This document shows, piece by piece, positions 61,787 to 64,000 of a stretch of DNA of 64,000 nucleotides; the first letter of the stretch is position 1; each line of letters starts with the position of its first letter. A program made the position numbers and the translations under genes. The notes below the pieces were generated by a model. The model worked only from the letters and a program-made list of their open reading frames with translations. It had not been told where the DNA came from and did not search any database. Source of the stretch: Squalus acanthias (lineage: Eukaryota); assembly GCA_030390025.1 (NCBI GenBank), contig CM059438.1, forward strand, positions 63,428,001 to 63,492,000, written 5' to 3'.

Positions 61787-64000
61787 ATAAGAACATAAGA
61801 ACATAAGAAATAGGAGCAGGAGTAGGCCAATTGGCCCCTCGAGCCTGCTCCGCCATTCAATAAGATCATGGCTGATCTGATCCTAACCGCCAATCTACTA
61901 TCACAGAACCATCTCCTGAACCTAACAGAATTGGACACACGAAATAGGAGCAGGATCAGGCTACACGGCCTCTGGGCCCACTACGCTACCCACAGGGCCA
62001 TGACCGATCCAAACCTAGACTCATGTCCAAATTCCTGCCCGCTCCCCGTAACCCTTAATTCCCTTTACTTCTAGGAAACTGTCTATTTCTGTTTTAAATT
62101 TATGTAATGATGTAGCTTCTACAGCTTTTTGGGGCAGCATATTCCATGGACCTACCACCCTCTGAGTGAAGTAGTTCCTTCTCATCTCAGTTTTGAAAGA
62201 GTAGCCCCTTATTCTAAGACTATGCCCCCTAGTTCTAGTTTCACCCATCATCGGGAACATCCTCCCCGCACACACCCGATCCAACCCCTTCACAATCTTA
62301 TATGTTTCAATAAGATCGCCTCTCATTCTTCTGAACTCCAATGAGTAGAGTCCCAATTTACCCAACCTCTCCTCATATGTCCATCCCCTCATCCCCGGGA
62401 TTAACCGAGTGAACCTTCTTTGTACTGACTCGAGAGCAAGTTTGTCTTTTCTTAAGTATGGACACCAAAACTGTATGCAGTATTCCAGGTGCGGTCTCAC
62501 CAATACCTTGTACAACTGAAGCAATACCTCCCTATTTTTATATTCTATCCCCTTAGCAATGAAAGCCAACATTCCATTGGCCTTCTTAATCACTTGCTGC
62601 ACCTGCATACTAACCTTTTGAGTTTCGTGCACCAGGACCCCCAGATCCCTTTGTACTTCAGTACTTTCCAGTTTCTTGCCATTTAGATAATAACTTGCTC
62701 TACTATTTTTCCTGCCAAAGTGCATAACCTCACACTTTCCAGTATTGTATTCCATCTGCCAAATCTCTGCCCACTTACTTAGCCTGTCTATGTCCCCTTG
62801 CAGATTTTTTATGTCCTCCTCACTCACTACTTTCCCTCCCATCTTAGTATCATCTGCAAACTTTGATATGTTATACTCGGTCCCCTCCTCCAAATCGTTA
62901 ATATAGATTGTAAAGAGTTGGAGACCCAGCACTGACCCCTGCAGAACACCACTAGTTACTGATTGCCAGTCTGAGAATGAACCATTTATCCCAACTCTCT
63001 GCCTTCTGTTAGATAGCCAATCCTCTATCCATGCCAGATATTACCCCCAATCCCGTGATTTTTTATCTTAAGCAATAATCTTTTGTGTGGCACCTTGTCA
63101 AATGCCTTTTGGAAGTCTAAATACACCACATCCACTGGTTCCCCTTTATCCACCCTGTGTGTTACTTCCTCAAAGAACTCCAGCAAATTTGTCAAACATG
63201 ACTTCCCCTTCATAAAACCATGCTGACTTTGTCCTATTAAATTATGATTATCCAAATGTCCTGTTACTGTCTCCTTAGTAATGGACTCCAAAATTTTACC
63301 TACCACAGATGTTAGGCTAACCGGTTTATAGTTTCCAGCCTTCTGTCTACTGCCCTTTTTAAATAAGGGTGTTACATTAGCAGTTTTCCAGTCTGCCGGG
63401 ATCTTTGCTGAGTCCAGGGAGTTTTGGAAAATTATTACCAATGCATCCACAATCCCTACCGCCACTTCCCTCAAGATCCTAGGATGTAAGCCATCAGGTC
63501 CAGGTGATTTATCCGCCTTGAGTCCCATTAATTTACCGAGTACCACTTCCTTAGTGATTTTGATCGTGTTTAGCTCCTCCCCCCCTATAGCCCCCTGTTT
63601 GTCCAGTGTTGGGATATTCTTAGTGTCCTCTACTGTAAAGACTGATACAAAATATTCATTCAGTGTATTTGCAATCTCCATATTTCCCACCATTAAATTC
63701 CCGGTCTCATCCTCTAAGGGACCAACATTTACTTTAGCCACCCTTTTTCTTTTTATATAACTATAAAAACTCTTACTATCTGTTTTTATATTTTTTGCTA
63801 ATTTACTTTCATAATCTATCTTCCCTTTCTTAATCAATCTTTTTGTTATTTTTTGCTGTCTTTTAAAGTTTTCCCAATCCTCTATCCTCCCACTAGATTT
63901 GGCTACCTTATAAGCCCTTGTTTTTAGTCGAATACTATCCTTAATTTCTTTACTTAGCTATGGATGACTGTCTTTTCTTTTACACCCTTTTCTTCTCAGT
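61787..64000 (-). mobile_element. Young CR1 LINE ORF2 (RT), runs off the right edge
   Basis: KSPGPDGLHPR, NYKPVSLTS, QHGFMKGKSC, YLDFQKAFDKVPH, KFADDTK and LVRPHLEY. One apparent frameshift near 63035. Tail (TTCTTATG)n at ~61790. Confidence 0.95.

Overview
This is eukaryotic, vertebrate DNA, most likely from a cartilaginous fish (inferred from Deu-domain SINEs of the SacSINE1 type and abundant CR1 fragments with shark-like 3' tails). The main host feature is a spliced + strand gene. Eight exons (6147-6333, 7788-8019, 21968-22062, 33704-33900, 34674-34752, 44392-44570, 47828-48535, 52345-52588) join in phase through GT-AG introns into about 639 codons. They encode about six armadillo-like repeats, three fibronectin type III domains and a basic low-complexity tail. 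The 5' exon(s) were not found, and I do not recognise an ortholog. The introns and flanks hold CR1 and L2 LINE fragments, DeuSINEs, PIF/Harbinger-type elements with Myb/SANT genes and their MITEs, a Tc1/pogo-type MITE and a solo LTR. They also hold two families of Penelope-like element termini that carry minimal hammerhead-ribozyme motifs and often sit as inverted pairs with 12-16 bp TSDs. Two large minisatellites (27-bp GC-rich; 20-bp G-rich with a ~2.3-2.4 kb higher-order duplication) produce all the very long spurious ORFs. There is also a 507-bp inverted duplication. No CRISPR array, rRNA or true tRNA gene was found.
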